Shown here: one piece after another, positions 61,252 through 64,000 of the stretch
Position numbering within the stretch: the first letter of the stretch is position 1
Layout: each line of letters opens with the position of its first letter
From: Bilabrum cf. latius
Lineage: Eukaryota
NCBI GenBank assembly: GCA_965178125.1
Contig: OZ237767.1
Coordinates: forward strand, 744,001 to 808,000
Reading direction: 5' to 3'
Length of the DNA stretch: 64,000 nt
The notes under the pieces: model-generated
Seen by the model: the letters and a program-made list of their open reading frames with translations, nothing else
What the model was told of the DNA's origin: nothing
Databases searched by the model: none
Program-made: the position numbers and the translations under genes

Positions 61252-62607
61252 GTGATTCTATTACATCAAGCATTGCAAGTATGGGGTTTGCACACCTACA
61301 TGGTTGGGTTTGCATACGTACATGGGTTCGGGTTAGGTAAGAGGTTTTCCTAAGGGGCGTTCATTAGCTGTAAATGAGATTTCTTGATTTCAGCCGTTCA
61401 TTCGCACTTTGAGTCATCATCATGTGTCATGTGTGCGAAGTTTGGAGAATGGCTGGCACACAGCTCTCGAGCAATCGAGCAATACAAGTAAGTGCTCATC
61501 TGGTCGGCGCCACGCCCACAGTGACTGGGTGACTGGCGATCTTCATTAATGTCAGAAAACCAAGTACCGTAAATGATACAGTGCAATAATACAAACTCAT
61601 GAATCAGCAAATCGAATTTGCAACTCCCCCACAGAGGGGCAAGGCTAGGAATAGGGTGTATGTCATATACCGGCGAGAGGAGGTTGGCCCCGAAAATTGG
61701 GTGGATTTTTTAATCATGTCAGAAAACCAAGTACCGTAAATGATACAGTGCAATAATGCAAACTCATGAATCAGCAAATCGAATTTGCAACTCCCCCACA
61801 GAGGGGCAAGGCTAGGAATAGGGTGTATGTCATATACCGGCGAGAGGAGCTTGGCCCCGAAAATTGGGTGGATTTTTTAATCATGTCAGAAAACCAAGTA
61901 CCGTAAATGATACAGTGCAATAATACAAACTCATGAATCAGCAAATCGAATTTGCAACTCCCCCACAAAGGGGCAAGGCTAGGAATAGGGTGCATGTCAC
62001 AGACCGGTAAGAGTGAGACTTGGTTGAAAATTATGAAACTCCGAGTAATTCCAGGGAACAGAGGTGCGTAGACATCATGTGGAAGGTGTAAGGCATTGGA
62101 CATATTTCCGGGCTGAGAAAACATGGATCAAAGATTCGGGCTAGCCCAAACATTTGCGCAAGCCGCGATAGCTCAGCACCCAGATGCGGCATGGGTGCGT
62201 TTGAATATGCATTCTATAAAAATGCCACGCCGGGCTACTTCGGCAATCCGAGATCACATATCCTGGAACACATAGATCTCAGGTCTCTGACTCTACCATT
62301 CGCCGTGACGCATGCTGGTGGTCAAACTGCGTCGCAGCACATGCCTGTGGGTCTGGAGCACCTCCATGATACAGTCCGAGGGCACAGTGAGGGCAGGAAG
62401 GGGTGTGAAATTCGACTCCGAGTTCGAAAAGTAGCCGACGCGAAAGCAGTCGTGACCCGGCTATGACGAAGCCGCAGCCATCAACGACCAGTATCGGCTG
62501 AGATATGGACCATTAAACACCCAAATATGCCACTTTCGTAACCCTAGCTATACGGAGAACGCCGATTTCTCGGCCCACAGACAGGATGTGCGTGCTATAC
62601 GATGCGG
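61252..62607. repeat. Second copy of the spacer + 167-bp array + 410-bp unit (3411-bp higher-order repeat)
   Basis: 57841 matches 61252; ORFs 58360/61771 and 58780/62191 are offset by 3411. Confidence 0.92.
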
Positions 62608-62650
62608 AATGTCATGCTGCTTGGGGTTTTAGCATGGTAACATTGAGTTT

Positions 62651-64000
62651 GTGCATGGCTACATGAGGATCTTGCAAATGTGTATGGGGGTATGTGCATG
62701 CCTACATGGGCGGTATGTCATGCTACATGGGGTCTGTGTATGGCTACATTGGGTGTGTGCATGGCTACATGGAGATCGTGCAAATGTGTATGGGGGTATG
62801 TGCATGGCTACATGGGCGGTATGTCATGCTACATGGGGTCTGTGTATGGCTACATGGGGTGTGTGCATGGCTACATGGAGATCGTGCAAATGTGTATGTG
62901 AGGAGTGTGTATGGCTACATGGGCGGTATGGCATGCTACATGGGGTGTGTGCATGGCTACATGGAGATCTTGTAAATGTGTATGGGGGTATGTGCATGGC
63001 TACATGGGCGGTATGTCATGCTACATGGGGTGTGTGCATGGCTACAATGGAGGTATGGCATGCTACATGGTGTGTGTGCATGGCTACATGGAGATCTTGC
63101 AAATGTGTATGGGGGTATGTGCATGGCTACATGAGCGGAATGGCATCCTACATGGGGTCTGTGCATGGCTACATGGAGATCTTGCAAATGTGTATGGGGG
63201 TATGTGCATGGCTACAATGGAGGTATGTCATGCTACATGGGGTGTGTGCATGGCTACATGGAGGTCTTGCAAATGTGTATGGGGGTATGTGCATGGCTAC
63301 ATGAGCGGAATGGCATGCTACATGGGGTCTGTGCATGGCTACATGGAGGTCTTGCAATTGTGTATGGGGGTATGTGCATGGCTACATGAGCGGTATATCA
63401 TGCTACATGGGGTCTGTGTATGGCTACATGGTGTGTGTGCATGGCTACATGGAGATCGTGCAAATGTGTATGTGAGGTGTGTGTATGGCTACATGGGCGG
63501 TATGGCATGCTACATGGGGTGTGTGCATGGCTACATGGAGGTCTTGCAAATGTGTATGGGGGTATGTGCATGGCTACATGAGCGGTATATCATGCTACAT
63601 GGGGTCTGTGTATGGCTACATGGTGTGTGTGCATCGCTACATGGAGATCGTGCAAATGTGTATGTGAGGTGTGTGTATGGCTACATGGGCGGTATGTCAT
63701 GCTACATGGGGTGTGTGCATGGCTACAATGGAGGTATGGCATGCTACATGGTGTGTGTGCATGGCTACATGGAGATCTTGCAAATGTGTATGGGGGTATG
63801 TGCATGGCTACATGGGCGGTATGTCATGCTACATGGGGTGTGTGCATGGCTACAATGGAGGTATGGCATGCTACATGGTGTGTGTGCATGGCTACATGGA
63901 GATCTTGCAAATGTGTATGGGGGTATGTGCATGGCTACATGAGCGGAATGGCATGCTACATGGGGTGTGTGCATGTCTACATGGAGGTCTTGCAAATGTG
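62651..64000. repeat. Complex minisatellite built on a TGCATGGCTACATGG core
   Basis: Dozens of GCTACATG cores with shuffled spacer modules; runs off the window end. Confidence 0.93.

Noticed and set aside
56333-64000. Numerous 62-345-aa ORFs; possible CRISPR array
   Set aside because: They recur with the satellite period. There are no unique spacers and no cas genes, and the context is eukaryotic.
1-64000. Suppressor tRNA-Gln(CUA), eRF1, rRNA or endogenous virus/virophage genes
   Set aside because: None recognisable by eye in this window; tRNAscan-SE would be needed to exclude a tRNA.

Overview
Positions 1-54.5 kb are gene-dense, GC-rich nuclear DNA from a flagellated eukaryote with short GT-AG introns. 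The ORF track looks shattered only because it uses the standard code. In this organism TAG is a sense codon, almost certainly glutamine, while TAA and TGA both remain stops. Read that way the fragments fuse into about 20 intact genes: an Sfi1-like repeat protein, IDI1, DNAAF9/Shulin, a ~4370-aa DNAH6-type axonemal dynein with 26 in-frame TAGs, a degenerate myosin-like protein, mS33-like, COX5B, an Asp/Asn beta-hydroxylase-family protein, a histidine acid phosphatase, an EEP-family protein, a cullin, a kinesin-14, a QRT3-like beta-helix enzyme, a taxilin-like protein, an ankyrin protein, CHTOP-like, NOLC1/SRP40-like and three hypothetical proteins. A 53-bp subtelomeric array and ~970 bp of (TTAGGG)n follow. 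Beyond 56284 the sequence is gene-free nested satellite DNA (155, 167 and 410 bp units in a ~3.4-kb higher-order repeat, then a minisatellite), which may belong to a different contig. Family assignments come from remembered motifs, not database searches.
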